Under the pieces are notes generated by a model that was not told the origin of the DNA, did no database searches, and worked only from the letters and a program-made list of their open reading frames with translations. Positions 13,579 through 24,397 of a stretch of 64,000 bases of DNA are shown here, piece by piece. The position numbers and the translations under genes were made by a program. Each line of letters starts with the position of its first letter. Positions within the stretch are counted from its first letter, which is position 1. The stretch comes from Octopus sinensis (lineage: Eukaryota): positions 55,924,001 through 55,988,000 of the forward strand of contig NC_043009.1 of the NCBI RefSeq assembly GCF_006345805.1, given 5' to 3'.

Positions 13579-14241
13579 TAAATCTGTTGCAACCAAACCT
13601 GCCCAACAGTCCCTAGAACATTCTTTCTCCTTCTGAAATACACTAAAAAAATGTCGAAATAACCTTTGTTATAATATTTGTTTTTAAACATGATCTCTCC
13701 GTAAATATTCGTCTGGTTGTTTAGCTTTTAGACAGCATCGCAACATATTCGCCTGTGAGAATAGCAAAACGTGTTGCTAAACATGACGTAAATACATGCA
13801 GATATGTATGTGCTAATTTTTTATCTTCGCGACAAATTTGACAATAATCTTTGCAGCAGGGTGCATTGTTTAACCTTTTGAAATACCTTGATAATTTAAA
13901 CATGTGTTTGACGGCTGTATATAATACATACAACTAGAGCTATTGTAAGTGACTAATTTTCACGGTGCTTCTTTTATTGAGGATTACTCTGGTGAAGAGC
14001 ATCATTATTCTAGAGACACGTTATATATGTGTAGGTAAAATAAGCTGTTTGTATAATGAAAAACAAAAGCTGCAGTCGGGTTACAGGTTTTCCCACGAAC
14101 TTATCACGAACTTAAAATACACATCTGAGTTTAGTAGTGACAAGGGAATGTCTGTGACAGAATCTAGAGCAAATATTAAATAGGATAATTTAGAAAAAAA
14201 GCAGCGTTCTTTTGTATATCTTGCCTACCTTTACAAATTTT

Positions 14242-14322
<81 letters not shown>

Positions 14323-14738
14323 GGCCTACAAACGCAATATAGTCAGTTGAGAAACATTTTCAAGAGAGTTAGTAAACAAAACTGATCTGTAGGGGTTGTG
14401 GTTATGGCGGCGTTGGGTAAGGGTTAAAATTAAATAAATATATAAATAAAAAGAGGGTAATATTTTGATTTAAAGATTGATATTAGTGAAGTGAAGAAAG
14501 AGTGAAAGAGAGAGGGAGGGAAGGAGAAACAGAAGCAGGGAGATAGGGAGAGGACATGAGAGAGAGAGAGATTAGCGAGAAAGAGTTACAGAATGGAGGG
14601 GACAGAATGAACAGAATCTTGGGAAAGGGTTGTAGAATGGACTATCAACATGTTTTTGTCCCATTTCTCCTGTTCAACTAAACCTTCCAGACTTCGTTGT
14701 CACCGGAGTGACTAACTCGTTGGGTCGTCACCGACTGT

Positions 14739-15050
14739 GACTGATTTTTGTTTGGGGTGTGCTTGCTTTTATAACTATCTAGAAGGATAGATATATCATT
14801 GAGAACAATAGATTTTGTTGGTGGCCTTGTTATCTGTATTCTAACTTTTGGTGACGTAGAAGAGGTTAGAAAGGGTCAAGTGGTGAAGACATTATTTCGG
14901 CCTAGCTAAAGGCATCTGGAAAATGTAAAACTGCTATCACAGAAGAAACATTGTTCCACCATGGGAGAAGTTCTGTTGCAGCGTTAATTTAAATTTGGCT
15001 ATGGTGGATCGAATCCACTTCATGCTTGCAAGATCCACTACATATGTTTT
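14739..15050 (-). promoter_or_regulatory. Putative core and proximal promoter of DHDH copy A (TATA at 14773-14766, Inr TCAGTC at 14744-14739)
   Basis: TATAAAAG lies 31 nt upstream of the Inr A (14742). The block is ~92% identical to 30343-30650 and sits upstream of exon 1 on the gene strand. The TSS assignment is inference. Confidence 0.6.
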
Positions 15051-15116
15051 CCACATATTTTCAACTCATAATTTTGCCACGTGGTGTATACTGAATCTAC
15101 AGTATTTTTGCCCCTT

Positions 15117-15195
<79 letters not shown>

Positions 15196-15419
15196 AAGAT
15201 TATATATACACATACACATACACATATACATGCACACATACATACACATACACATATACATATACATATACATACACAGGCAGACACATAGATAGATATA
15301 TACATACATACATACATACATACATACATACATACATACATACATAGAGAGATACATAGACAGCCAGCCAGCCAGACAGACAGACAGACAGACAGACAAA
15401 TAAATGGAGTTAAACACCG

Positions 15420-16130
15420 GTGTTATTCAAATTCTTTTACTTCCGAAATATGTTTCGAAGACTACTCTGGTATTATTCCAGAGGGAATAAAATGGTGTAA
15501 AACAATCTTCTCATCAGGGAAAGAAAGAAACCAAGCACATCAATAAGACATTTTAACGGAATGTGATAACTGCGTATATGATGAAGGAAACGCCATCGAG
15601 TTCTTTTAAAAAACCGTTAGTAGATATAACGTCAAAGGTAGTTTATAGAAAGTGGAGGAGAAAGAAATTAGCAGAAAAATAATAGTAGAGAGATATAGAG
15701 CGATAGGTGAATTTGAAAATAAAGCTCAAAGGCATGGAAGTAGATATATTTAGTGAAAGGGAAATGTAAGAAGACAGTTAAAGGTCAAGTTTTATAGAAT
15801 GGTAGAAATCACTTATTGGAACTAAAATTATGTTTCTGCCAAAATTTGCAACGATAAACGCGTTCTATAAACGTGATTTCAAGGGGATTCTTTTAGAATA
15901 GGATAAAAAACATTTCAGTATTACAAAGCGAACAAAAAGATTTACCTTTGTCATACGGTAAAGAAATAGAGAGAATATTCCATTCCAAATCAAATTGTTT
16001 ATGATCTTTTAGATCCCATATTAATTCAATAAACCCAACATTGTTACGTTTATTGATATGCCTAAATGTTGAGTAATGATTAGATATTCTTTTGGACAAC
16101 TGAGATGAAGAACTACCTATTTAAAAAAAG
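15420..16130 (-). mobile_element. Penelope-like element 3' part: GIY-YIG endonuclease remnant plus hammerhead-bearing terminal region
   Basis: Encodes (*)IGSSSSQLSKRISNH...LIWDLKD...WNIL...CSLCNTE (ORF 15893..16099). A hammerhead motif lies downstream on the same strand. Confidence 0.8.
15440..15522 (-). ncRNA. Type I hammerhead ribozyme motif, one stem III mismatch
   Basis: Reads UUUCC-CUGAUGA-GAAGAUU...AGUCUUC-GAAAC-AUAU-UUC-GGAAG. Stem I is 5 bp and stem II is 7 bp. Position 16.2 is U instead of G. Confidence 0.75.
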
Positions 16131-16427
16131 ACGTCAAACACGGAAGTAATTTTACATTGATAATGTAAGGCTTTCTTAACACAAAACATCTTTCACAAAA
16201 CATCTTTCACAAATCATCTCTTCACATAATAATAAGTTGTTAAATACAAATCCACTTAATGAAAATATTAACTATAATTTTGTTAACACTAGCCATTCTT
16301 AAAATAATAACAACAGCGGGGTTATTGCTTCTGAAGTTGAATCCTATCGTATACGTTTTCTTCGCAGTAATTCTAAGACAAGACACTGTTTATCGATGTA
16401 AAATTACTTCTGGGTCTATAAACACTG

Positions 16428-16497
<70 letters not shown>

Positions 16498-16793
16498 GTG
16501 TATGTGTGTATGTATGTGTGCATGTATACCTGATTACACATAAGCATGAATACTTATACATGTATGTATGTATAATTGATTATATATATGTATGTATACT
16601 TAGTCATATATATATATATATGTATGTATTCTTGGTTGTATGTATGTATGTATGTTTGCATGCATGTATGGATGGATGGACGTATATATGTGTGAGGGGG
16701 TGTAATATCAAAATTATCAATTTTAGTAAGGAAATATTTCATTTTCTTTCAACCCTCTTCTCCTTCTCTCTGTCTCTCTTCCTCTTCTCTTTT

Positions 16794-16909
16794 TTACAAA
16801 GGGGTTGTCTTTATCTGATGAGTTTCTTCAAGTTGTCGTCGAACCTCATCAATAACTTTTATAATTGACAAAGTATCAGAATGAGTGTGAGCAGGACATT
16901 CTAATTGAC
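16794..16909 (-). CDS. DHDH: DHDH-like copy B, last coding exon 7 (GQLECPAHTHSDTLSIIKVIDEVRRQLEETHQIKTTPL*)
   Basis: TTAAAG acceptor and TAA stop. Matches G.KESP...ES..LADILEEVRKAIG. The spliced CDS is 333 aa with all phases consistent. Confidence 0.88.
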
Positions 16910-17184
16910 CTTTAAAAGCAGAAGAGAGAAATGTAAAAAGAGAATTCTCGGAGTATAAACATTTTGACACAAAAAAGAAAAAGAGAGTAAAATATTTCAA
17001 TTATGCAATGAGAACACATTGAATAAAATATTGATGAATTTTACTTTGTTCGCAAAGTATTACTCCAAGCAATAGAAGTGGTAGATAATCAAATTATGAG
17101 CCACAGTATTAGTAGTAGCTTCAACAGTTATCGAAATATATGGAAGCACGCTTATATAAGCGACAGTATTTATCAAAGACTTAC

Positions 17185-17335
17185 CTTTCTCAAAACACTG
17201 GCGAACAGCTTCAGCCTCATAAGCTAATCCAGCGCTATTGGGGTAATAATACTTAGCATCAGATTTGGGGAGTGGAAATTCTCTTTCTTCTCCATTCACC
17301 TCGATTTTGGTGGGAGACCAAAATGGTCCGGGTAT
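17185..17335 (-). CDS. DHDH: DHDH-like copy B, coding exon 6 (IPGPFWSPTKIEVNGEEREFPLPKSDAKYYYPNSAGLAYEAEAVRQCFEK)
   Basis: AACAG acceptor, G|GTAAGT donor, 151 bp. Matches [21 protein letters not shown]...NGAGMSYEAKHVWECLRKG. Confidence 0.93.
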
Positions 17336-17594
17336 CTGTTGACATAGGAGTGTATGGTATATACGTTAAGACAGTTTGGTTTAATTTCTTGACTATTAAC
17401 GTTATATATGTTGGAGTTTGTACAATAATTTCATTCATAAAGAAATTAAATAAATACTTATAATTCTTCTCTAAATGTTCTTTTTTATCTGGGAAATCTA
17501 AATAATAGTCATAATAATAAAACTTCAATTGTCGGTTAACTAACTACAAGTATAATTTTAAAATTATTTATTTTTAAATGAAATGATTACTTAC

Positions 17595-17719
17595 ATAAAT
17601 TTTACCTTTACTTCCATAAATATATACGTCTCGTCTTCCTTCTATATCAAGATTATAAAACAAAGATGCTCTAGCACCATCCTTATAAGTCAGAATAATA
17701 TTGGCAGATTGATCGACAC
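17595..17719 (-). CDS. DHDH: DHDH-like copy B, coding exon 5 (GVDQSANIILTYKDGARASLFYNLDIEGRRDVYIYGSKGKIY)
   Basis: GAAAG acceptor, TAT|GTAAGT donor, 125 bp, phase 1/0. Matches GVDDTVTVLLQYPG...GTKG. Confidence 0.9.
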
Positions 17720-18222
17720 CTTTCCAAAATGAAACAAAAACACATTTCTTAGTTTTCCTTTTTACTCGGGTTGGTAAACAGTTTTTATTAATACAAGTTT
17801 ATCTGTGTTGAAAAAAATAATGAGTCTTTAAACTAAATTATTTTTATCCTAAAGCTTTATTTGCATAGGTTTCAGTCTTAATTGTGAGCGGTTTTAAATT
17901 CTCGCTCCTATCTTACAACATCTAACCGGCACTCTAATGTTCTCTGTTTGCTTTACTTTCATTAGCGAATATTTTCGTTCTGTAGTAACTTCCTTTTCTC
18001 TTCACTTATTCTAAGCGCTTTGGAAGCAAAAATATGCTTTAAATTATTCATGACATAAAAGGGCGCATGCTCCTCTTTACTAATTACCGTATGTAGATGT
18101 ATATCATTCCCTCCCCCTCTCTCGCATGACTCTTTTTTTCTATTACGTTATAGCTCACAAAATTATTGAAACCTCCATGGAGGCACTTAAGCAACACAAA
18201 ACTTTATTAAAGATATACTCAC

Positions 18223-18472
18223 CTGTATCAGCAATCGTTCCAACGGCAGTAATTGTCTTCGGTTCCTCTCTAAATATGAATCTTGAAAGCCATATTTGAT
18301 ACACAGAAGAACACAAGAGGCCTCCTCCACCCAAAGAATGCTGAGATACAATGTCTAATGAAAAGGTATCAAAAAAGAAAGCTGCATCCATGTGGCGTAT
18401 CTGTCCTATGGTTCCAGAGTCAATTATTTCTCTTAGAGCTTTATAAGCTGGGGAGAAGTTGGACCACAAAGC
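18223..18472 (-). CDS. DHDH: DHDH-like copy B, coding exon 4 (ALWSNFSPAYKALREIIDSGTIG...GGGGLLCSSVY...EEPKTITAVGTIADT)
   Basis: CCTTAG acceptor, G|GTGAG donor, 250 bp. Lies inside ORF 18155..18469. Confidence 0.92.
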
Positions 18473-19230
18473 CTAAGGAGAAAGCATTTATGTTGAAAAA
18501 AAGAAAGAATGTTTAAAGTGAGGAATAAGAATGAAAGAAAGGAACTTATGTATAAAAAGATACAAGCGAATGTTGAAAGAAATATTATAAAAGACCAGCT
18601 TATTTCTGTTATTTTTCATCATGTTATTCTGTGTTGCGATCTTTAATATTATACCACTACGTTCCTCACCTCTGTTTCTATCAAATCCGCTGTACGGCCT
18701 TTCAAAACACTTGCCAAGTTTCACAGATAAGGCACATTACTAAACGTATAATTCTATTTTACCTCTTGTTATAAATCTATTATAAATTTATAATTTCAAA
18801 TCCAATTAAGACCAATACGCCTAATACGGGAAACTACTTTTATTGCCTTCTTTTCTTACATTCTTTTTTTTGTCTTGTTTTTATTTTGTCTTCTGACATT
18901 TAATGTTCTTCTATCGTCAATGCAACGATATTTTATTAAGTCCTTAGTACAACCTTCTACTATCACCATTTCTTTACCAACCAGTTACATCTACAAAAAA
19001 TTTTAGAATATTCTTTAAATTTATTCTTCAATGAAGGTATTATTTCAAGTGTTCCACTTTACTTCATCGCCCGATGTTATCATATGCTAACGTCGTAGTT
19101 TTCTATGATAGGGGTTCTAACCTGGGTTAGAAAGAAAGGGAAATTGCGACGAATATTCAATAAATTATGATGACATTAGATTATGTATACATTGTAGCTT
19201 GCAGCTTGTTTATTATTTAATCTATTGAAA

Positions 19231-20025
19231 GGCGGCGAGCTGGCAGAATCGTTAGCACGCCGGGCGAAATGCGTAGCCGTATTTCGTCTGCATTACGTTC
19301 TGAGTTCAAATTCCTCCGAGGTCGACTATGCCTTTCATCCTTTCGGAGTCGATAAATTAAATACCTATTTCTTTATTACCCACAAGGGGCTAAACATAGA
19401 GGGGACAGACAAGGACAGACATAGGTATTAAGTCGATTACAACGACCCCAGTGCGGAACAGGTACTTAATTTATCGACCCCGAAAGGATGAAAGGCAAAG
19501 TCAACCTCGGCGGAATTTGAACTCAGAACGTAACGACAGACGAAATACCGCTAAGCATTTCATCCGGCGTGCTAACGTTTCTGCCAGCTCGCCGCCTTCA
19601 AAAAATTAAATTAAATACCAGTTACGCACTGGGGTCGATATAATCGACTTAATCCGTTTGTCTGTCCTTGTTTGTCCTCTCTGTGTTTAACCCCTTGTGG
19701 ATAGTAAAGAAATAGGTATTTCGTCTGCCGCTACGTTCTGAGTTCAAATTCCGCTGAGGTCGACTTTGCCTTTTATCCTTTCGGGGTCGATTAAATAAGT
19801 ACCAGTTACGTTTGTCTGTCCTTGTTTGTCCTTTCTGTGTTTAGTCCATTGTGGGTAGTAAAGAAATAGGTTTTTCGTCTTTCTTACGTTCAAATTCTGC
19901 TGAGGTCGATTTTGCCCTTCATCCTTTCGGGGTCTATAAATTAAGTACTAGTTGCGTAGTGGGATCAATCTAATCGACTAGCCCCTACTCCAGAATTTCG
20001 GGCCTTGTGCTTAGAATAGAAACGA
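19231..20025. mobile_element. Nested cluster of family 1 SINEs: a + copy interrupted by a - copy (~19367-19598), followed by 5'-truncated tandem copies
   Basis: The duplication AAATTAAATACC flanks the inverted insertion. Three consecutive body/tail units lie at 19610-20025. Confidence 0.85.
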
Positions 20026-20279
20026 TTATTTAATCTATTATATTCAATATATCTCATCAATAGGAAATCTATAGAAATAATCTAAGAAGTGAACACATCG
20101 CAATACTAACACGTGGCAAGACACAATATTGACTTGTAAACATTTAATGTACTTGGTAGTATAATATAGTTGCCAAAGGAAATACTTTCCTTGTCAGCAA
20201 TTAATATATATGTACTAGTTGCCAGGAATATATTTAATATGTAAATTCTCCCACCCAGTTGCGTTACACCGTTAAACGT

Positions 20280-20625
20280 CTGAGACCCCTTTCGGTCACG
20301 ACACAGACCATGGGATTGCACCTAGAAAGTTAGGTACTCCCAGGCACAAGCCCGGGCAAGGTTGTTTATGGAAGACCACCAGTCGCCCATGCATACCAGC
20401 CTCCCCTCTCCACGCCACCAGTATTATCCAAGGGAAAGGCAAAGGCCGATACAGCTTGGCACCTGTGACATCGCAACTCATTTCTACAGCTGAGTGAACT
20501 GGAGCAACGTGAAATAAAGTGTCTTGCTCAAGACAAGAGCACAACACACAGCCCGGTTCAGGATTCGAGCTCACAACCTCACGATCGTAAGCTCGACACT
20601 CTAACCACTGAGCCATGCGCCTTCC
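20280..20625 (-). mobile_element. tRNA-derived SINE, family 4 (CORE/V-like CTTGAGCAAGACACTT block)
   Basis: A and B boxes, with a 14-bp TSD ACACCGTTAAACGT at 20266-20279 and 20626-20639. Confidence 0.85.
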
Positions 20626-20929
20626 ACACCGTTAAACGTAATGGGTATTTAAGTTATGTGTTCGTGGATAGTGGATGTGGTACTGATGAAAACGCAATAA
20701 TTCCTGCAATTTGCATATACGCTTATCACCTATTTCTTCGATCGCTCCGTTGTAGTACTGGCTCTGAATTCTATAGGAAATCTACGAGTGTAGAGAACAA
20801 CTTAAAAGATTTTATTGAATATCTCTGATTACACATAACAATAAATATTTGTTTTCAATTAGTAAATATTCCTTTTATAATTATTTTTTTTTTATTTTTC
20901 TTTCATTCAAAGATTTAGATTTTTGAGCC

Positions 20930-21420
20930 GATCATGTGCGTTAAAAATTATCCATATACCTAACGTGGATTTATGTCATCTCTAAAGTGGTAGGAAAGAC
21001 ATAATATGTTATTTATGGAAAAGTTGTATCAACTAATTAGATGAAAACTAGAAATTTAAAGCAACATGTGAAGAACGACCATCCTAAACATCAGGACAAA
21101 ATATGTTTCGAATGTCATGTGAATACTTTAAAAAATGTGAAGCTGGATTCAAAAGAGCCATTCTAAGAGATGAACCAAAAGCTTTTAGAAAGTTTCTGTC
21201 ATAACATAAAAGAGGCAAGATAAAATACAAACTGCATACAAATAGGGGAAAATATAATTAAGTTTTTTTTTTTTTTTTCAAAATGGAATTTGTGTTTGGA
21301 AATGTCAGAAAGAACAATATAATGTATTGCTTTCAGTTGTGTCAACATATCTTTGTGGAGAAGATTTCCAAACCAGTTGCAAATGAAAATGAAGTAAACG
21401 GGAGGTTAAAATTGAATGCA
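20930..21420 (+). mobile_element. Degraded hAT (Charlie/ZBED-like) transposase fragment
   Basis: Encodes LKQHVKNDHPKHQDK...LKNVKLD...NQKLLES...IGENII, the pattern of the Charlie N-terminus. Confidence 0.55.
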
Positions 21421-21466
21421 TTGTTACCTTTTAAGCATTTCACCATATAGCCATGAAACGACAAAG

Positions 21467-22297
21467 GGATCTTTTCCTTTTGAACGGCAGTTTTTAACAT
21501 AATTTCTAGGTAACTAAAAAGTTTTAAACTTCGTATACTGGTAGAATGTGTTTATAAAACATCATTTTCTCTTGGCTTTATTGAGAAAATTCTATAGGTT
21601 GTAACATATTTCGTCTTTAATTTCTTGCATTTCGGCAATTTTAACCAATCACTGATGTCCATTTAGGTAAACAACGTTCTGTGCCGCATGAATATGTCCC
21701 TCCTTTAAGAAACAGATTGGGTTTATTTACATTTGTGAAGAAAAAAGATACCCTTCCCCCACCCCTAACCCTAACCCTAACTAAACCTAACTCTAACCCT
21801 AAATCTAAAATAGATTGAAATGCAATAGATCGATACTAGAGTTATAATTATGGTGACAATTTCATACGACACCGCTATAAAATCTTAGCGGTGTCGTATG
21901 AAATTTTCACCCATAATTATAACCCTAGTATCGATCTATTGCATTTCAATCTATTTTAGATTTAGGGTTAGAGTTAGATTTAGTTAGGGTTAGGGTTAGG
22001 GGTGGGGGAAGGGTATCTTTTTTCTTCACAAATGTAAATAAACCCAATCTGTTTCTTAAACGAGGGACATATTCATTATGCACAGAATGTTATTTACGTC
22101 AATGGAGGTAATTGATTGGTTAAAATTGCCGAAATGCAAGAAATTTTAGACGAAATATGTTACAACCTATAGAATTTTCTCAATAAAGCCAAGAGAAAAT
22201 GATGTTTTATAAACACATTCTACCAGTATACGAAGTTTAAAACTTTTTAGTTACCTAGAAATTATGTTACAAACTGCCGTTCAAAAGGAAAAGTTCC
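21467..22297. mobile_element. 831-bp foldback (arm-only) non-autonomous TIR element, Merlin-like termini, with internal (CCCTAA)n
   Basis: Arms of ~411 bp with an 8-nt spacer (21878-21885). Termini GGATC...GTTCC. Exact 8-bp TSD CGACAAAG at 21459-21466 and 22298-22305. The superfamily is inferred from the GG termini and 8-bp TSD. Confidence 0.85.
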
Positions 22298-22707
22298 CGA
22301 CAAAGAAACAAGCACAGCTTTCTTATTGGCTAGAATCTATCTTAGAAAAATCATTTATAATGTCCTAGAATACTTTGGAATACTTGTTAATTTGTAGTTA
22401 AAAGTAGTGAGTGGAATTTTGAAATAGAGTGAAAAAAATCACGAGGGGAAATAGTTGAGAACCATCCTTTTACATTGTTCCTCAGCCTGCTAGAAAGGGA
22501 AACTAAATCGTGCAAGATAACACCTCAGTACCTTAAGATAGGTAAGATATACCAGATAATGTTGTATCAGATAAAACCATCTCTGAGGGGGAAAAGAGAT
22601 GATCAAGACCAGAATGTTTTAGATTATGGATCCCCTTTATTAGGGCTGATGTGTATTCAAGAACAGCAACGTGCCAAAATGCACAATTTTAGAGTTAAAA
22701 GACATAC

Positions 22708-22871
22708 CTCCATGAAAAATAATTTCTTTGATTTTGCAAGTTCAATCATTTCTTCTGTCTGCTTCGTATTACAAGCACAGGGTTTCTCACATAGAACTGG
22801 TTTACCATTATTCAGCATAAGAATAGAAAGAGGATGATGGAAAATGTTGGCCGTTGAAAGGTACACAAGAT
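22708..22871 (-). CDS. DHDH: DHDH-like copy B, coding exon 3 (DLVYLSTANIFHHPLSILMLNNGKPVLCEKPCACNTKQTEEMIELAKSKKLFFME)
   Basis: CATAG acceptor, GAG|GTATG donor, 164 bp. Contains the canonical CEKP motif of Gfo/Idh/MocA enzymes. Confidence 0.94.
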
Positions 22872-22997
22872 CTATGAGTAAAACGAAATTATATTAGTTT
22901 TCTTTGCTATCAAAGTAATGCATTTGTGTAATTCAAGTGTGATATATAGAAATAATTGTTTAATATTTACACTTGTCTATCTTGCGTGTGCGTGTAT

Positions 22998-23866
22998 AAG
23001 ATGGGGTGCCGAAAATTTGTTGGATTTGGGTAAAAATAAAAAATACAGGAGAATCAGTTAATTATGATTTTATTCAACACTAGCAGTATCGCCCGGCGTT
23101 GCTCGGGTTTGTAAGGGAAATAACTATATAAGCATTTTTAGAGAGTTATAGCAAAAAATAGCAAAAAAATAGCAAAAAAATGCATTAAAAATGAAATAAA
23201 AAATGATGGTAATTTTTTTTAAATCGTTGACTCATCGTAGACATTTTTAGAGAGTTACTTCCCTTATATAATAGCGAAAAAATGCATTAAAATGGAAAAA
23301 ATGATGGTAAATTTTTTTTTTAATCGTAGACTCATGTAGACGCTTTCTTAGCCATTTCTGTTTTGGTGTCTTCAAGCCATGAAGTCGTTGTTCTAAAAGA
23401 ACGCTGGTCTCCTTGACAACGCATTACGACGTTGATTTCCTTACACTCCCTTCCCCACAGGTGCAGGTGTGAGCGTGGACGCCAACTCCGCCGCCATCGA
23501 CACACGAAAAATTATGCATTAAAATGGAATAAAAATGATGTTAAATTATTTTTAAAATCGTTAACTCATCGTAGACGCGCGCTAATAGCCAGACGGGCTC
23601 GATATGAATCACGACTATAAGATACCCGAATTTGGTTAAACTGCACCGCAAAATGTGGGAGTAGTTAGGAATCTAAATCGAAGGGGACAGACACTCACAC
23701 AACTACAGTTTTATATATATAGATATCCTTCTCTCAAATTCACACACGTATTGCAGCAGACCGTCAGTTTTTATAAGTTCTGTAAAAGAAATCGGAAGGT
23801 TGGGCCTCCAACCAAGCCATTCATGACACCCTTAAAACTAGAAACTTTTCAGCACCGCTTCGTATG
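22998..23866. mobile_element. Mariner-derived non-autonomous element split by a Helitron
   Basis: Degenerate TIRs GGGGTGCCGAAAATT and AAACTTTTCAGCACCGCTTCGTA. Confidence 0.5.
23080..23723 (-). mobile_element. Non-autonomous Helitron
   Basis: A|TCTATATATA 5' end, CCCGAGCAACGCCGGG hairpin plus CTAG|T 3' end, no TSD. Confidence 0.85.
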
Positions 23867-24285
23867 TGTGCATATATTTTAAGTGAACAATTAATTTCTT
23901 TAACTTTACGCGAATAGTTGTCATATCTATTCATATTCTATTATCGTTAGAATCATTATTGTTCACGATGATAATGCTTTTTATCGTCTTATTGAAATTT
24001 CATGTTTATTTCTCTTATTTGGAAGGAGGTGAACACAGCTATCCGGATTCTTTTTGATCCAGTGTCATCTCGTTCATGTGTTACAACATGAACGAGTTGA
24101 ACTTATCACGAACTATACATTTCTTGGTCTATTTTTTGTCGTACAGTACAAGACATTATAGTAACAGTTGTTAAAATTGAGTTTGTTTAAGACCAAAATG
24201 AAATGAAATAAATTAAAAGACCTACAATGTTTACAAAATAACATACAAAATTTACAATTGGATTTAGGCTAAATATTTTTCATAC

Positions 24286-24397
24286 CTATGTTGGGATCTT
24301 TGGCAAATTCTTCATAGCTGGTATACACATTTGGTATTTTAAATTCATCGGATAGTTTCTTAGCTTTCTCTAAAGATTTGGATACCACTGCAGTTAT
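24286..24397 (-). CDS. DHDH: DHDH-like copy B, coding exon 2 (ITAVVSKSLEKAKKLSDEFKIPNVYTSYEEFAKDPNI)
   Basis: TTTAG acceptor, G|GTATG donor, 112 bp. 32/37 aa identical to copy A exon 2. Confidence 0.93.

Noticed and set aside
14783-14908. Plus-strand frame RIDISLRTIDFVGGLVICILTFG... in the conserved block, reminiscent of an integrase DFVG motif
   Set aside because: It is short, bounded by stops in both copies, and has no other integrase motif.
20540-20625. tRNA-like heads with A and B boxes (also 226, 19231, 50176, 59463)
   Set aside because: They continue into SINE bodies with TSDs or tails and lack a proper cloverleaf, so they are not tRNA genes.
21750-22015. (CCCTAA)n/(TTAGGG)n as a telomere or fusion scar (also 36960-37030)
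   Set aside because: The tracts are short, degenerate and sit at the same position within a repeated transposon arm.
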